A DNA stretch of 24,000 nucleotides from Vibrio cyclitrophicus (GTDB lineage Bacteria > Pseudomonadota > Gammaproteobacteria > Enterobacterales > Vibrionaceae). Under the pieces are notes generated by a model. The model made no database searches. It was not told where the DNA came from and saw nothing but the letters and a program-made list of their open reading frames with translations. The stretch covers positions 2,219,385 to 2,243,384 of the forward strand of contig CP065366.1 in the NCBI GenBank assembly GCA_023206055.1. Reading direction: 5' to 3'. A program made the translations under genes and the position numbers. Shown here in pieces: positions 1 to 9,634 of the stretch. The number at the start of each line of letters is the position of its first letter. The stretch's first letter is position 1.

Positions 1-44
1 ATAATCCCGCAAAAAAGGCTTGATCTTATAAGCAACTAAAACTA

Positions 45-60
45 CTGTATACACATACAG
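45..60 (+). promoter_or_regulatory. LexA (SOS) box upstream of sulA
   Basis: CTGTATACACATACAG fits the gammaproteobacterial CTGT-N8-ACAG consensus. The wider 43-62 stretch TACTGTATACACATACAGCA is close to TACTGTATATATATACAGTA. It lies 22 nt upstream of the sulA start, with an AAGGA ribosome-binding site at 70-74. Confidence 0.8.
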
Positions 61-81
61 CATGTATATAAGGACAGCAAA

Positions 82-489
82 ATGATTCAAGCACACGTTA
101 AAGCACAACACTCTAGCCCGCTAGTTCACTGCGCATTTACATCAGCTTCTCGTAAAAGTAAAAATTCAAACGAGGAAGCGTTGTTTGCAAGAATGGCGTT
201 GCTGTCCAATCAACATCAGTGGTTGCTGTTTACAGCTCAAACGCCACGACCATCGGCTAAGCAGCTTAAGCAACACAACGTGTGCTGTGACCGCGTTATT
301 CACATGAAAGCCTCTCACCAGATGACGGAAGTTGAAACGGTTGAGAAAGCCATCCGCTCTAAGAATGCGAGTGCGATTGTTGCAAGTGCATCGATTGATC
401 AGTTCAGCCAGCAATACCTAAGAACATTAGGAATGCGCTTTCAATGTGAAGTATTCTTTATGGATGCAAATTCAGAGCGTATTCACTGA
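82..489 (+). CDS. sulA: SOS cell-division inhibitor SulA
   Basis: 135-aa ORF. The central segment HQWLLFTAQTPRPSAKQLKQHNV...VETVEKAIRSKNASAIVAS aligns by eye with E. coli SulA [22 protein letters not shown]...VESMVRALRTGNYSVVIGW. A LexA box lies directly upstream. Confidence 0.8.
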   Translation: MIQAHVKAQHSSPLVHCAFTSASRKSKNSNEEALFARMALLSNQHQWLLFTAQTPRPSAKQLKQHNVCCDRVIHMKASHQMTEVETVEKAIRSKNASAIVASASIDQFSQQYLRTLGMRFQCEVFFMDANSERIH

Positions 490-568
490 TCTACGTTGCT
501 TAACATTTTGGTTCACAAACATAGCTTAATCTTTTAGCTCAAAAACACGGTCCAAACATACTGCCTTC

Positions 569-620
569 CCCTGCCCTACAACTCGCCAATTTTTAAGCGG
601 ATAGTTAAGCAGGGTTTTTT
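569..620 (+). terminator. Possible weak terminator after sulA
   Basis: CCCTGC (569-574) can pair with GCAGGG (609-614), followed by a T6 run (615-620). The loop is long (34 nt), so the structure is weak. Confidence 0.3.
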
Positions 621-636
621 ATTTGATTAATAGATT

Positions 637-652
637 TAGCAATCGTTTGCTT
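637..652 (+). promoter_or_regulatory. Putative PurR operator in the purC promoter region
   Basis: TAGCAATCGTTTGCTT matches 10 of the 11 conserved positions of the PurR box pattern ANGCAANCGNTTNCNT (consensus recalled from memory). A TATAAT -10 hexamer lies at 681-686 and a second half-site-like AGCAAAC at 663-669. Confidence 0.5.
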
Positions 653-752
653 TTTCTCTGGAAGCAAACAGTAGATTGGGTATAATGCCCGTCTAATCAT
701 GTGCACACCGCACTTCTCTGTATGACGTTTGATAAAAGATAGGAATGTCTAA

Positions 753-1856
753 ATGAGCCTTGCTGATCAAGTTCTTGCCGTAAATGATGACCTACCAATC
801 CGTACTGACAAACCTGTCCACAGTGGCAAGGTTCGCTCAGTCTACTGGTTAACTGAAGAAGATAGCCAACGACTAATTAAAGAGAAAGGCTACGATGTAG
901 CACCAGATGCGCCTTTAGCCATCATGGTGATCAGTGACCGTATCTCTGCATTTGATTGCATCTGGCGTGGTGAAGGGAATCTAAAAGGTGTTCCAGGTAA
1001 AGGAGCGGCTCTGAATGCTATCTCTAACCACTGGTTCAAATTGTTTAAAGACAACGGCCTTGCTGACAGTCATATCCTTGATATCCCTCACCCATTCGTA
1101 TGGATTGTACAAAAAGCTCGTCCAGTCATGATTGAAGCGATTTGTCGTCAATACATCACAGGCTCTATGTGGCGTGCGTACGCGAACGGCGAACGTGAAT
1201 TCTGTGGTATCGAGATGCCTGAAGGCCTAAAGAAAGACAAGAAGCTGCCTGAGCTACTTATCACGCCTTCTACTAAAGGGATTCTGAGAGATATTCCTGG
1301 CGTTCCAGAAGCTGACGATGTGAACATCACACGTAACAACATCGAAGATAACTTCGCAGCATTCAACTTTACTCAAGCAAGCGACATCGCTCATTACGAA
1401 AAATTGCTTAAAGAAGGCTTCAACGTAATCAGCCAAGCGCTAGCAAAAGTAGACCAAACCTTTGTTGATACAAAATTTGAGTTCGGCTACGTCAACGATG
1501 CTCAAGGTAAAGAAAAACTTATCTACATGGACGAAGTCGGTACTCCAGATTCATCTCGCATTTGGGATACTCAGGAATACAACAACGGCAACATCGTTGA
1601 GAATTCAAAAGAAGGCTTCCGTCAGTTCTTGCTTAACTACTTCCCTGATGCCGACATTCTTTTGAACAAAGAACGCATGCCAGAACGTGAGGCATTGGCT
1701 CGTGACAATGAACTGCCTCTTGATTCGCTAATGTCTCTGTCTCGCACTTACCTTGATATCGCAGCGAAAATCACAGGTGCAGAGATCGTACTGAGCGAAA
1801 ATCCTAAGCAAGAGATCATTGATGTTCTGCGCGCTAACTATGGTCTAATCGACTAA
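753..1856 (+). CDS. purC: Phosphoribosylaminoimidazole-succinocarboxamide (SAICAR) synthase, long form
   Basis: 367-aa ORF with SAICAR-synthetase signatures (GKVRSVY..., [28 protein letters not shown]). The length matches the long Vibrio-type PurC. Confidence 0.95.
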   Translation: MSLADQVLAVNDDLPIRTDKPVHSGKVRSVYWLTEEDSQRLIKEKGYDVAPDAPLAIMVISDRISAFDCIWRGEGNLKGVPGKGAALNAISNHWFKLFKDNGLADSHILDIPHPFVWIVQKARPVMIEAICRQYITGSMWRAYANGEREFCGIEMPEGLKKDKKLPELLITPSTKGILRDIPGVPEADDVNITRNNIEDNFAAFNFTQASDIAHYEKLLKEGFNVISQALAKVDQTFVDTKFEFGYVNDAQGKEKLIYMDEVGTPDSSRIWDTQEYNNGNIVENSKEGFRQFLLNYFPDADILLNKERMPEREALARDNELPLDSLMSLSRTYLDIAAKITGAEIVLSENPKQEIIDVLRANYGLID

Positions 1857-1880
1857 TTGCTTAATTGCTTAATTGCTTAA
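1857..1880. repeat. Tandem octamer (TTGCTTAA)x3
   Basis: Three perfect head-to-tail copies begin immediately after the purC stop codon (TAA at 1854-1856). Confidence 0.95.
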
Positions 1881-1893
1881 TCTTAAGATAAAA

Positions 1894-1941
1894 AGCTAAT
1901 AAGCTAATAAGCTAATAAGCTAATAAGCTAGAAAGCTAGAA
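1894..1941. repeat. Tandem octamers (AGCTAATA)x4 followed by (AGCTAGAA)x2
   Basis: Six contiguous 8-bp units read directly from the sequence. The last two differ from the first four at one position. Confidence 0.95.
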
Positions 1942-1960
1942 AGCACAGATTTTAGATACT

Positions 1961-1991
1961 AAAAGGGCCTCACAATATTGAGGCCCTTTTT
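1961..1991. terminator. Bidirectional intrinsic terminator between purC (+) and the 130-aa ORF (-)
   Basis: Stem GGGCCTCA (1965-1972) / TGAGGCCC (1979-1986) with a 6-nt loop. It is flanked by A4 upstream and T5 downstream. Confidence 0.85.
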
Positions 1992-2037
1992 ACGTGTACG
2001 TTTTTATATCCTTTGAGAGAGCTTATAGGCGACTGAG

Positions 2038-2430
2038 TTACAACCTAATCGTCAACTCTTCCCCAGAATTACCCGCAATCACTAAATGACTGCGCGATTC
2101 GATGTACTCGATCTGCTCTTCTTCAAGAGAATATGGCATAACCACCTTAAGTTCATTGATACCTTCGAGCTTGGCAAGCTTAAGCAAAGTAACAATGTTT
2201 GATTCATCGCTTTTACGTGTCGACATTGATTTCAATGCCATCTGCCATAAGCGATCCTCTGGGGTACCCAGCTCTTTAATGCTATCTCGCCAAACGGTAC
2301 TGAACACTGGCGCAATTGTGGTGAGTGCTTCCAGAAAAGTCCATTTTTTACTGCATGAGGCGCCAAGAAATGTTGTGTAATCGAACTCTACACGCGTTTC
2401 TTCCTGTTTATCCATGATGTCCCCCGACAC
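2038..2430 (-). CDS. Hypothetical protein (125-130 aa), family not recognised
   Basis: The ORF opens with GTG at 2430. An ATG at 2415 (MDKQEE...) preceded by GGGGGA is the more likely start. It is convergent with purC and has its own AT-rich upstream region (2431-2618). I saw no motifs I recognise. Confidence 0.65.
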   Translation of the reverse strand: MSGDIMDKQEETRVEFDYTTFLGASCSKKWTFLEALTTIAPVFSTVWRDSIKELGTPEDRLWQMALKSMSTRKSDESNIVTLLKLAKLEGINELKVVMPYSLEEEQIEYIESRSHLVIAGNSGEELTIRL

Positions 2431-2618
2431 TTTGGCAACACAATATACTCAATATCTATCAACTTTTTCTTTATAGCAATAGGATATAGAAGAATAGTCT
2501 TTTATGACCTTTTGATTGGTTAAAAAGGCATATAAAAATCAAACTTGTAACAAAATAAGCACTGAAAAATCATATATGCACCTATTTGATTAATATTTTA
2601 GAGATAAAAGTTATCCAT

Positions 2619-5003
2619 CTATTTGATATCAATTATTCGGCTCGCTTTTTTGTATTGAATACGCCACCCAGACCATGTGGGTAGCTCCCAACGTTTTGGT
2701 GATAACTTCCGACTACCCGATTGATAATGAACGTAAATCAACTTCCTTCCAGTCAGGTATTCCACCTCAAGTTGCAAGTCGGCAAGACACAATGAAAACG
2801 GGTATTTTTCCGAGAATTCGTTATACAGCCAAGTAGGTATACCATCAAAGGGAATATCGTCATGTTCGAACATTTCCAGCTCACTGACATCCGTCACGCC
2901 TAACACTTCCAGTTGCTCTATAAACCATAGTTCAAAGCTCAATTGCTCGATCTCTGGCGTATATTTGGTTTGTTCATCTAACCCAAGTTTCACGTACAAT
3001 TGCCAATGCTTAATCTCTTGAGTGCGAACCTCTGCAAAGCCAGGAAGCTGAGCACCACTTACCACAAGATCAACGATAGGCTTCAAAGATAACTGACCTT
3101 CTGCCGCAACGAGCTTGGTATTAATCGTGCGGCCAGCGTACACCAATGCCATTTCGGTAAACACACCCTCGTCATTGACCACAGTTTCACCTTGCTGCCA
3201 TTCACCTAATTCTGCTTCAACAACGAGTTCTAAAGGAATAGGAGCAGTGGTCGTCGCTAATGTGAATGTTTGCTTCACACCGCGCCCCGGCAAGCTGTGA
3301 GTGTCCAACACCAACATCGCTTGTGCATTGTCAGGGAAGCGATTCTGACGGCCGAGTACTACTTCTAACATCCCGTTAGCAAAGGCTTCTGTTCTTTTCA
3401 GTCGGCGTACAAACACCAATTCAGGATGCAGCTGAATAATGGTTTCAAGTAGAGCGGTGCGTTGGTAGCGAGAGGCAACCTCTAACTGCGGAAGTTCAAA
3501 TACCTCACGCATTTGCTTAGCCAGACCTTGAGCTTCATTCCGTGCTTGCTGGTCGATGTCTAAATGCGGATATTCGCGACCACGCACAACCTGTATGAGT
3601 AAAGATAAATCACACCCTTCTTTCTCTTGTTGCGCGAGCGCTTCTAGGTGCTCTGCATTGTTTGGTAACTGATACAAACGAGCAGGAACGGACAACGCCG
3701 CAGTGAGATCGACCATCGCTTCTTTTAATGATTTGGGTTTGATTCGAGTAACGATATCGGCATACAAAGCATCTATCGGCAACGGATACAGCTTTTTACC
3801 ATGCTCGGTAATTTGATGGTCGGCGTTAATCGCTTCCATCCTCAGCAAGGTTTGAGTCGCGCTGTTTAATGATTTTTCAGGAATAGGATCAAGGAAAGAC
3901 AGACTCTCTAGAGTCGCACCACAACATGCCGCCGCCAACATAGGTTCGGTCAGTTCTTCACGCTGTAGTTCAGGAGGCGTAACCAACTCCAACGCCGCAT
4001 GTTCGCCATACAAACGAACACAGACACCATCCATTACCCTACCCGCGCGGCCCGCTCGTTGTTTGGCACTCGCTCGTGATATGGATTTAAGCATCAATGT
4101 GGTTCTGCCATTACGCTGGACGGTGCGTCTTTCTAATCCTGAATCTATCACCACGCCAATATCAGGAATGGTTAATGAGGTTTCAGCAACGTTGGTCGCC
4201 AAAATGACTTTTCGTAAACTATCGCCGTCATTTTTAGTATCGATATTACGACCAGAGAGCGCCAAATCTCGTTCTTTATCACTCACCGACGCATGTAATT
4301 TAACGACTTGGATATCTGGATTTTTCGCTAAGGCCTGTTCACATTGCACGATCTCTTTTTTACCCGGCAGAAAAACCAATATATCGCCAGAAGACGCTAT
4401 CAATTGATGATTCACTTCTTCAGCAATGCGCTGCTCTAGATGTCGACTATCCGGCAGAGCTCTGGATTCATTCGCTCGGTGTTCAATCTCAACTTGATAA
4501 GTTCGTCCTTCACAGCGTATGCGATTCGCCTCCAAATACTGAGCAAGGCGTTCACCTTCAATGGTTGCTGAAGTGATCACCAAACGATGACTCGCTTTTT
4601 GCTTCAGAATCGCCACCAGCAGATCAATGTCCCAACGTCTCTCATGAAATTCATCCACCACAATCACATCGAAGTTAGCTAATCCATCTTCTGACAGCCA
4701 ACGCAGCGCGATACCGGGCGTCACAAACACAACGTCTGTTTGCTCGTTGTACTCCGACTCTAGCTTAATCGCATAGCCAACCTTTGAACCCAGCTTTTCT
4801 CCCGATTGTTGCGCTAAATATTTAGCCAGTGATGTACACGCGATGCGTCTTGGCTCCACCACCAACACTCGCCCATGTTGAGAAGCCCAAATTGGTAAGC
4901 GCGTTGATTTACCTGATCCGGTTTCAGCCTCTACGACAAGGTGAGAACTAACGATTTGTTCGTGGAATACGTTTTGATAAGCATCGATGGGAAGTAATGA
5001 CAT
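2619..5003 (-). CDS. DEAH-box (HrpA/HrpB-like) ATP-dependent helicase
   Basis: 794 aa with helicase motifs I ETGSGKST, II DEFHER, III SAT, V TNVAETSLTI and VI QRAGRAGR. The N-terminal two thirds parallel E. coli HrpB. The C-terminal region does not resemble the HrpB C-terminal domain as I recall it. Confidence 0.9.
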   Translation of the reverse strand: MSLLPIDAYQNVFHEQIVSSHLVVEAETGSGKSTRLPIWASQHGRVLVVEPRRIACTSLAKYLAQQSGEKLGSKVGYAIKLESEYNEQTDVVFVTPGIALRWLSEDGLANFDVIVVDEFHERRWDIDLLVAILKQKASHRLVITSATIEGERLAQYLEANRIRCEGRTYQVEIEHRANESRALPDSRHLEQRIAEEVNHQLIASSGDILVFLPGKKEIVQCEQALAKNPDIQVVKLHASVSDKERDLALSGRNIDTKNDGDSLRKVILATNVAETSLTIPDIGVVIDSGLERRTVQRNGRTTLMLKSISRASAKQRAGRAGRVMDGVCVRLYGEHAALELVTPPELQREELTEPMLAAACCGATLESLSFLDPIPEKSLNSATQTLLRMEAINADHQITEHGKKLYPLPIDALYADIVTRIKPKSLKEAMVDLTAALSVPARLYQLPNNAEHLEALAQQEKEGCDLSLLIQVVRGREYPHLDIDQQARNEAQGLAKQMREVFELPQLEVASRYQRTALLETIIQLHPELVFVRRLKRTEAFANGMLEVVLGRQNRFPDNAQAMLVLDTHSLPGRGVKQTFTLATTTAPIPLELVVEAELGEWQQGETVVNDEGVFTEMALVYAGRTINTKLVAAEGQLSLKPIVDLVVSGAQLPGFAEVRTQEIKHWQLYVKLGLDEQTKYTPEIEQLSFELWFIEQLEVLGVTDVSELEMFEHDDIPFDGIPTWLYNEFSEKYPFSLCLADLQLEVEYLTGRKLIYVHYQSGSRKLSPKRWELPTWSGWRIQYKKASRIIDIK

Positions 5004-5186
5004 AAAATGGAGAATTGCGAAAAAGTGTGTGCAGAGTATAACGAATTATCGTGTTGAAATTCGATAAGTGTGGGACAGAGGTAAGAATATCATTTTGTTT
5101 GCTCAGATCGCGGAGAAACTATTTACAATTGAATAACTAAACCGTTATCATTTTTCAGTTACCCTTTCTCCCATATTAGGCATCCA

Positions 5187-6875
5187 ATGAACAACGATAA
5201 ACGCCCTCTATATATCCCTTATGCTGGTCCTGCTCTACTAAGTACACCTCTTCTAAACAAAGGCAGCGCATTCTCGGCTGAAGAGCGCAGTTCTTTCAAC
5301 CTTGAAGGTTTGTTACCGGAAACAACCGAAACAATCCAAGAGCAAGTAGGACGTGCATACAAACAATATTGTAACTTCGAAAGTGATATGGATAAGCATA
5401 TCTACCTTCGTAACATCCAAGACACTAATGAAACGCTTTTTTATCGTTTAGTTCAAAACCACATCTCTGAAATGATGCCTATCATTTACACGCCAACGGT
5501 TGGCGCAGCATGTGAGAACTTCTCAAATATTTACCGTCGTGGCCGTGGTCTGTTTATCTCATACCCGAACCGCGATCGTATCGATGATCTACTGAATAAT
5601 GCGACAAACCACAATGTTAAAGTTATCGTGGTTACGGATGGTGAGCGCATTCTTGGTTTGGGAGACCAAGGTATCGGTGGCATGGGTATTCCAATCGGTA
5701 AGCTAGCACTTTACACAGCGTGTGGCGGCATCAGCCCTGCTTACATGCTACCAATCGTGCTCGATGTGGGTACGAACAACCCTCAACGTCTTGCAGACCC
5801 AATGTACATGGGCTGGCGTCACCCTCGTATCACAGGTGCTGACTACGATGCATTCGTTGAAGAGTTCATCCAAGCGGTTCAACGTCGTTGGCCTGATGCA
5901 TTAGTTCAATTCGAAGATTTCGCACAAAAGAACGCAATGCCACTGCTTGAGCGTTACAAAGATCGCCTCTGTTGTTTCAACGATGACATCCAAGGCACAG
6001 CAGCTGTAACGGTTGGTTCTCTACTTGCAGCATGTAAAGCAGCAAACAGCAAACTTTCAGATCAACGAATCACCTTCTTAGGTGCGGGTTCTGCAGGTTG
6101 TGGTATTGCTGAAGCTATCATTGCTCAAATGGTGTCTGAAGGTATCAGCGATGCACAAGCTCGCTCTCAAGTTTACATGGTTGACCGTTGGGGTCTGCTA
6201 CAGGAAGGAATGCAAAACCTGCTTGATTTCCAACAGCGTCTGGTTCAAACCAACGAAAACACCAAAGACTGGGAAAGCGACGGCACTGGTTTCTCTCTAT
6301 TAGACGTTGTTCGCCACGCGAAACCAACAGTATTGGTTGGTGTATCTGGTGCTCCAGGTTTATTCAGCAAAGAAGTCATCAAAGAGATGAACCTACACTG
6401 TGAACGCCCTATCGTGTTCCCACTGTCGAACCCAACTAGCCGTGTTGAAGCAACGCCAAACGACATCATTCGTTGGACTGATGGCCAAGCACTTGTTGCA
6501 ACAGGTAGCCCATTTGAGCCAGTGGTTCACAACGGCACGACTTACCCAATCGCTCAATGTAACAACAGCTACATCTTCCCAGGTATTGGCCTTGGTGTAC
6601 TGGCTGTGAACGCTTCACGCATCACTGACGAAATGCTAATGGAATCGAGCCGTGCACTTGCAACGTGTTCTCCACTAGCAATCAATGGCACAGGCGCTCT
6701 ACTTCCACCATTGGAAGAGATCCACACCGTATCTAAGAAGATTGCTTTTGCCGTTGGTAAAAAAGCGATTGAGCAAGGTGTTGCTCTAGAGATCACTGAA
6801 GAAGCATTGCAACAAGCGATTGACCAGCACTTCTGGCAGCCGGTTTACCGTCGCTACAAGCGTACTGCATTCTAA
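5187..6875 (+). CDS. maeA: NAD-dependent malic enzyme
   Basis: 562 aa. The N-terminus [34 protein letters not shown] and the motifs [15 protein letters not shown] and [11 protein letters not shown] are canonical for MaeA/SfcA. Confidence 0.95.
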   Translation: MNNDKRPLYIPYAGPALLSTPLLNKGSAFSAEERSSFNLEGLLPETTETIQEQVGRAYKQYCNFESDMDKHIYLRNIQDTNETLFYRLVQNHISEMMPIIYTPTVGAACENFSNIYRRGRGLFISYPNRDRIDDLLNNATNHNVKVIVVTDGERILGLGDQGIGGMGIPIGKLALYTACGGISPAYMLPIVLDVGTNNPQRLADPMYMGWRHPRITGADYDAFVEEFIQAVQRRWPDALVQFEDFAQKNAMPLLERYKDRLCCFNDDIQGTAAVTVGSLLAACKAANSKLSDQRITFLGAGSAGCGIAEAIIAQMVSEGISDAQARSQVYMVDRWGLLQEGMQNLLDFQQRLVQTNENTKDWESDGTGFSLLDVVRHAKPTVLVGVSGAPGLFSKEVIKEMNLHCERPIVFPLSNPTSRVEATPNDIIRWTDGQALVATGSPFEPVVHNGTTYPIAQCNNSYIFPGIGLGVLAVNASRITDEMLMESSRALATCSPLAINGTGALLPPLEEIHTVSKKIAFAVGKKAIEQGVALEITEEALQQAIDQHFWQPVYRRYKRTAF

Positions 6876-6912
6876 TAGAGCATACTTGTTCTCAAATAGC
6901 ACTCTTACAAGA

Positions 6913-6938
6913 GCCTCTGCAATCGCAGGGGCTTTTTT
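6913..6938 (+). terminator. Intrinsic terminator after maeA
   Basis: Stem GCCTCTGC (6913-6920) / GCAGGGGC (6925-6932) with loop AATC, followed by T6. Confidence 0.85.
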
Positions 6939-6982
6939 CTTTACACTGTCTTGTCTTTTTAACTGATTTTTCTCATTTTTAT

Positions 6983-7825
6983 TTGGTATTATCGAGCACT
7001 CAAAAATTAATGCTCAGTCAAAGGACCATACCGAGAGTGAAATTTGATTCTCACATTATCCGTAGCTACTTAAATAAAGCTTACAAGAAACTGCAAGGTT
7101 TTCTGTTTGGCGCTTTCCTCGTGTTCTTAGTAGGCAGCGCTGCGGTTATTGCGATCGATTATTGGGTTTCATGGCAAGCGGAAGATCGCATCATCTACGA
7201 TATAGATGAAGTGCCCGAGCTTGAGGTCGCCGTTGTGCTTGGCACGAGCAAATATTTGGGTCGAACACTCAACGACTATTATAAGCACCGAATCGAAGCC
7301 GCAATTGAGCTCTTCGATCGTGAAAAAGTAGACCAATTTCTACTGAGCGGCGATAACGCTCATCGCTCTTACAATGAACCGTGGACGATGAAGCGCGACT
7401 TGTTAAAAGCGGGCGTCCCCGAGGAACGCATCAATCTAGATTACGCGGGTTTCAGAACCTTGGACTCGATTGTTCGCGCCAAAAAGATATTCGATACCGA
7501 TAACTTTCTGATCATCACTCAAAAATTCCACTGTGAAAGAGCGCTATTCATCGCTAACTCTTACGATATTCACGCGCAGTGTTTAGCGGTTTCAGGTCCA
7601 ACCCACCATTCGGGAAGCTCAATACGTTTACGTGAAGTGTTTGCGCGTACCAAAGCGTTTCTTGACCTGTATATTATGGGAACAACGCCAAAGTTCCTTG
7701 GACCTAAAGAGCCGATTCAACCGAGTCCAAAACCGGAATCATTTCCGATCCCAAACCCTATTACTGACCCCACTGTAAACCCTACAACAAACCCGATTGC
7801 AGACCCCGCAGAGACCGATGTGTAG
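6983..7825 (+). CDS. sanA: SanA (DUF218/ElyC family) inner-membrane protein with a Pro-rich C-terminal extension
   Basis: Strong by-eye alignment to E. coli SanA (VVLGT.KY, LLSGDN...SYNEP.TM..DL, LDYAGFRTLDSIVR, IITQ.FHCERALFIA). The ORF opens with TTG at 6983; an in-frame ATG at 7010 is an alternative start. Confidence 0.9.
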   Translation: MVLSSTQKLMLSQRTIPRVKFDSHIIRSYLNKAYKKLQGFLFGAFLVFLVGSAAVIAIDYWVSWQAEDRIIYDIDEVPELEVAVVLGTSKYLGRTLNDYYKHRIEAAIELFDREKVDQFLLSGDNAHRSYNEPWTMKRDLLKAGVPEERINLDYAGFRTLDSIVRAKKIFDTDNFLIITQKFHCERALFIANSYDIHAQCLAVSGPTHHSGSSIRLREVFARTKAFLDLYIMGTTPKFLGPKEPIQPSPKPESFPIPNPITDPTVNPTTNPIADPAETDV

Positions 7826-8022
7826 AAAACTACACATTTTGAATTTGTTGCCTCACACTTCACCATTGTTAAGCAAAAACACACCAACACTCCTTTATTA
7901 ACTTGAGTAACATTCTTCCAACAAAGTCTGACCCTACATCAAGCTATATACCTCGAAAATAATAAGCACAACTCAATGAAGTCGTGCACCAATAAAACGA
8001 GGATAAACAAAAGGAGCGTCTT

Positions 8023-9393
8023 ATGACGGCACTTGTTACTACACTGAAACACTGGTTGTTTACCCGCAACAGCATGATATTAATTGGTAATTTCACGCTA
8101 TTTGCAGTTTTGCTCAATACCCTGCCATTCGAAGCGCAAGTGAATACGGGGTTAAGTATTCTCGTGTTCGTTGCCATTCTATGGTTAACAGAAGCTATTC
8201 ACGTCAGCATCACCGCTCTGCTCGTTCCCCTATTGGCTGTCTTGTTTGGTGTATTCAACACGCCTGCAGCACTGGCTAACTTCTCAAACCCTATCATCTT
8301 CTTATTTATGGGTGGTTTTGCGTTGGCAGCCGCACTGAACAAGCAAGAGCTAGATAAAGCGATTGCAGACAAAGTACTGCTGATAGCAAAAGGTAGAATG
8401 TCAGTAGCTGTGTTCATGTTGTTCGGTGTGAGTGCGGGCCTATCCATGTGGATATCAAACACAGCCACCACAGCAATGATGCTTCCTCTTGTTCTTGGCA
8501 TCATGAACAAAGTCGACCAAAGTGAAGACCGCAACACGTACGTGTTCGTGCTGCTGGGTATCGCTTACTGTGCATCGATTGGTGGTATCGCGACCTTAGT
8601 GGGTAGCCCACCGAACGCAATCGCCGCTGCAGAAGTTGGCTTGAGCTTTACTGAGTGGATGGCGCTAGGTCTTCCAATCTCACTTATCTTGATGCCAATC
8701 GCGATGTTCATTCTTTATGTGATGACGAAGCCAAAGCTTGACCACAAATTCGAGCTAGACCACGCTCCTGTAGAGTGGACGAACAGCAAAAAAATCACGC
8801 TATCTATCTTCTTGTTAACGGTTACGCTTTGGATATTCGGTAAGCCAATCAACGCAATGATCGGCGGCTTCTCTAAGTTCGATAGCTTGGTAGCGATTGG
8901 TGCGATTGTACTGCTTGGTGCTTCTAGAGCTGTAGAATGGAAAGACGTTGAGAAAACTACGGACTGGGGTGTACTTATCCTGTTCGGCGGCGGTATCTGT
9001 TTAAGTAATATTCTGAAAGCGACAGGAACTAGCGTATTCCTAGCACACTCATTAAGCGGGTTTTTAGAAACAGCTGGCGTACTGCTTACGATTCTAGCCG
9101 TGGTAGCCTTCGTGGTATTCCTAACAGAGTTTGCGAGTAACACAGCGAGTGCGGCATTGCTTGTCCCTGTATTTGCGACTATTGCAGAAGCGCTGGGTAT
9201 GTCTCCAGTTATCTTGTCTGCACTGATTGCGGTAGCTGCATCTTGTGCTTTCATGCTGCCAGTCGCGACACCACCTAACGCAATCGTGTTTGGATCAGGC
9301 CACATTAAGCAGAAAGAGATGATGCGAATCGGTATGGTGTTAAACCTAGTTTGTATCCTAGTTCTGACTTTGTTCGCTTGGATCTTCTGGTAA
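8023..9393 (+). CDS. DASS/SLC13-family sodium-coupled anion (sulfate/di-tricarboxylate) symporter
   Basis: 456-aa polytopic membrane protein. It carries the duplicated [10 protein letters not shown] and [11 protein letters not shown] hairpin motifs plus PPNAI repeats typical of DASS transporters. AAGGAG lies 6 nt upstream of the ATG. Confidence 0.85.
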   Translation: MTALVTTLKHWLFTRNSMILIGNFTLFAVLLNTLPFEAQVNTGLSILVFVAILWLTEAIHVSITALLVPLLAVLFGVFNTPAALANFSNPIIFLFMGGFALAAALNKQELDKAIADKVLLIAKGRMSVAVFMLFGVSAGLSMWISNTATTAMMLPLVLGIMNKVDQSEDRNTYVFVLLGIAYCASIGGIATLVGSPPNAIAAAEVGLSFTEWMALGLPISLILMPIAMFILYVMTKPKLDHKFELDHAPVEWTNSKKITLSIFLLTVTLWIFGKPINAMIGGFSKFDSLVAIGAIVLLGASRAVEWKDVEKTTDWGVLILFGGGICLSNILKATGTSVFLAHSLSGFLETAGVLLTILAVVAFVVFLTEFASNTASAALLVPVFATIAEALGMSPVILSALIAVAASCAFMLPVATPPNAIVFGSGHIKQKEMMRIGMVLNLVCILVLTLFAWIFW

Positions 9394-9475
9394 GCACTAA
9401 CGTCCTATAAGCGCATACTTGTAGGAATGCTCCCCTAAACTGGTTGAACTTCCCCCGGTTCAACCAATACAAAAA

Positions 9476-9515
9476 TGCCCGCTCAGTTTGAAACTACCAG
9501 TCAACTGAACGGGCA
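9476..9515 (-). terminator. Hairpin with a T-run on the minus strand, the probable original terminator of the glpM-like gene
   Basis: 13-bp stem TGCCCGCTCAGTT (9476-9488) / AACTGAACGGGCA (9503-9515) with one mismatch. A5 at 9471-9475 gives a T5 tail on the minus strand. There is no T-run on the plus strand. Confidence 0.5.
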
Positions 9516-9544
9516 CATAAAAACAAGAAACGCTTTTCCCTTTT

Positions 9545-9567
9545 GGTGGCCCCGCGCCACCTTTTTT
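9545..9567 (+). terminator. Intrinsic terminator of the DASS transporter gene
   Basis: Stem GGTGGC (9545-9550) / GCCACC (9556-9561) with a 5-nt loop, followed by T6-G-T5. Confidence 0.75.
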
Positions 9568-9573
9568 GTTTTT

Positions 9574-9586
9574 GGCTATTGGCTAT
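9574..9586. repeat. Left part of the (GGCTATT)n heptamer array interrupted by the IS
   Basis: GGCTATTGGCTAT directly abuts the left IS terminus. Confidence 0.9.
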
Positions 9587-9634
9587 TGATGTGACCCCAT
9601 AAAAGTAGACACTTAATACAGAGCATTGAGTGTC

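Noticed and set aside
8715-9305. A 196-aa minus-strand ORF inside the DASS transporter gene, together with similar antisense or out-of-frame ORFs at 166-414, 1148-1436, 2102-2380, 3115-3300, 4063-4407, 5722-6796, 7944-8537, 11043-11234, 12365-12562, 13424-13627, 14050-14688, 16180-16377, 17890-18395, 20696-20947, 21345-21545, 22349-22609 and 22857-23105.
   Set aside because: All are fully nested in, or overlap, longer ORFs with clear homology-type motifs on the other strand or frame. They are shadow ORFs.
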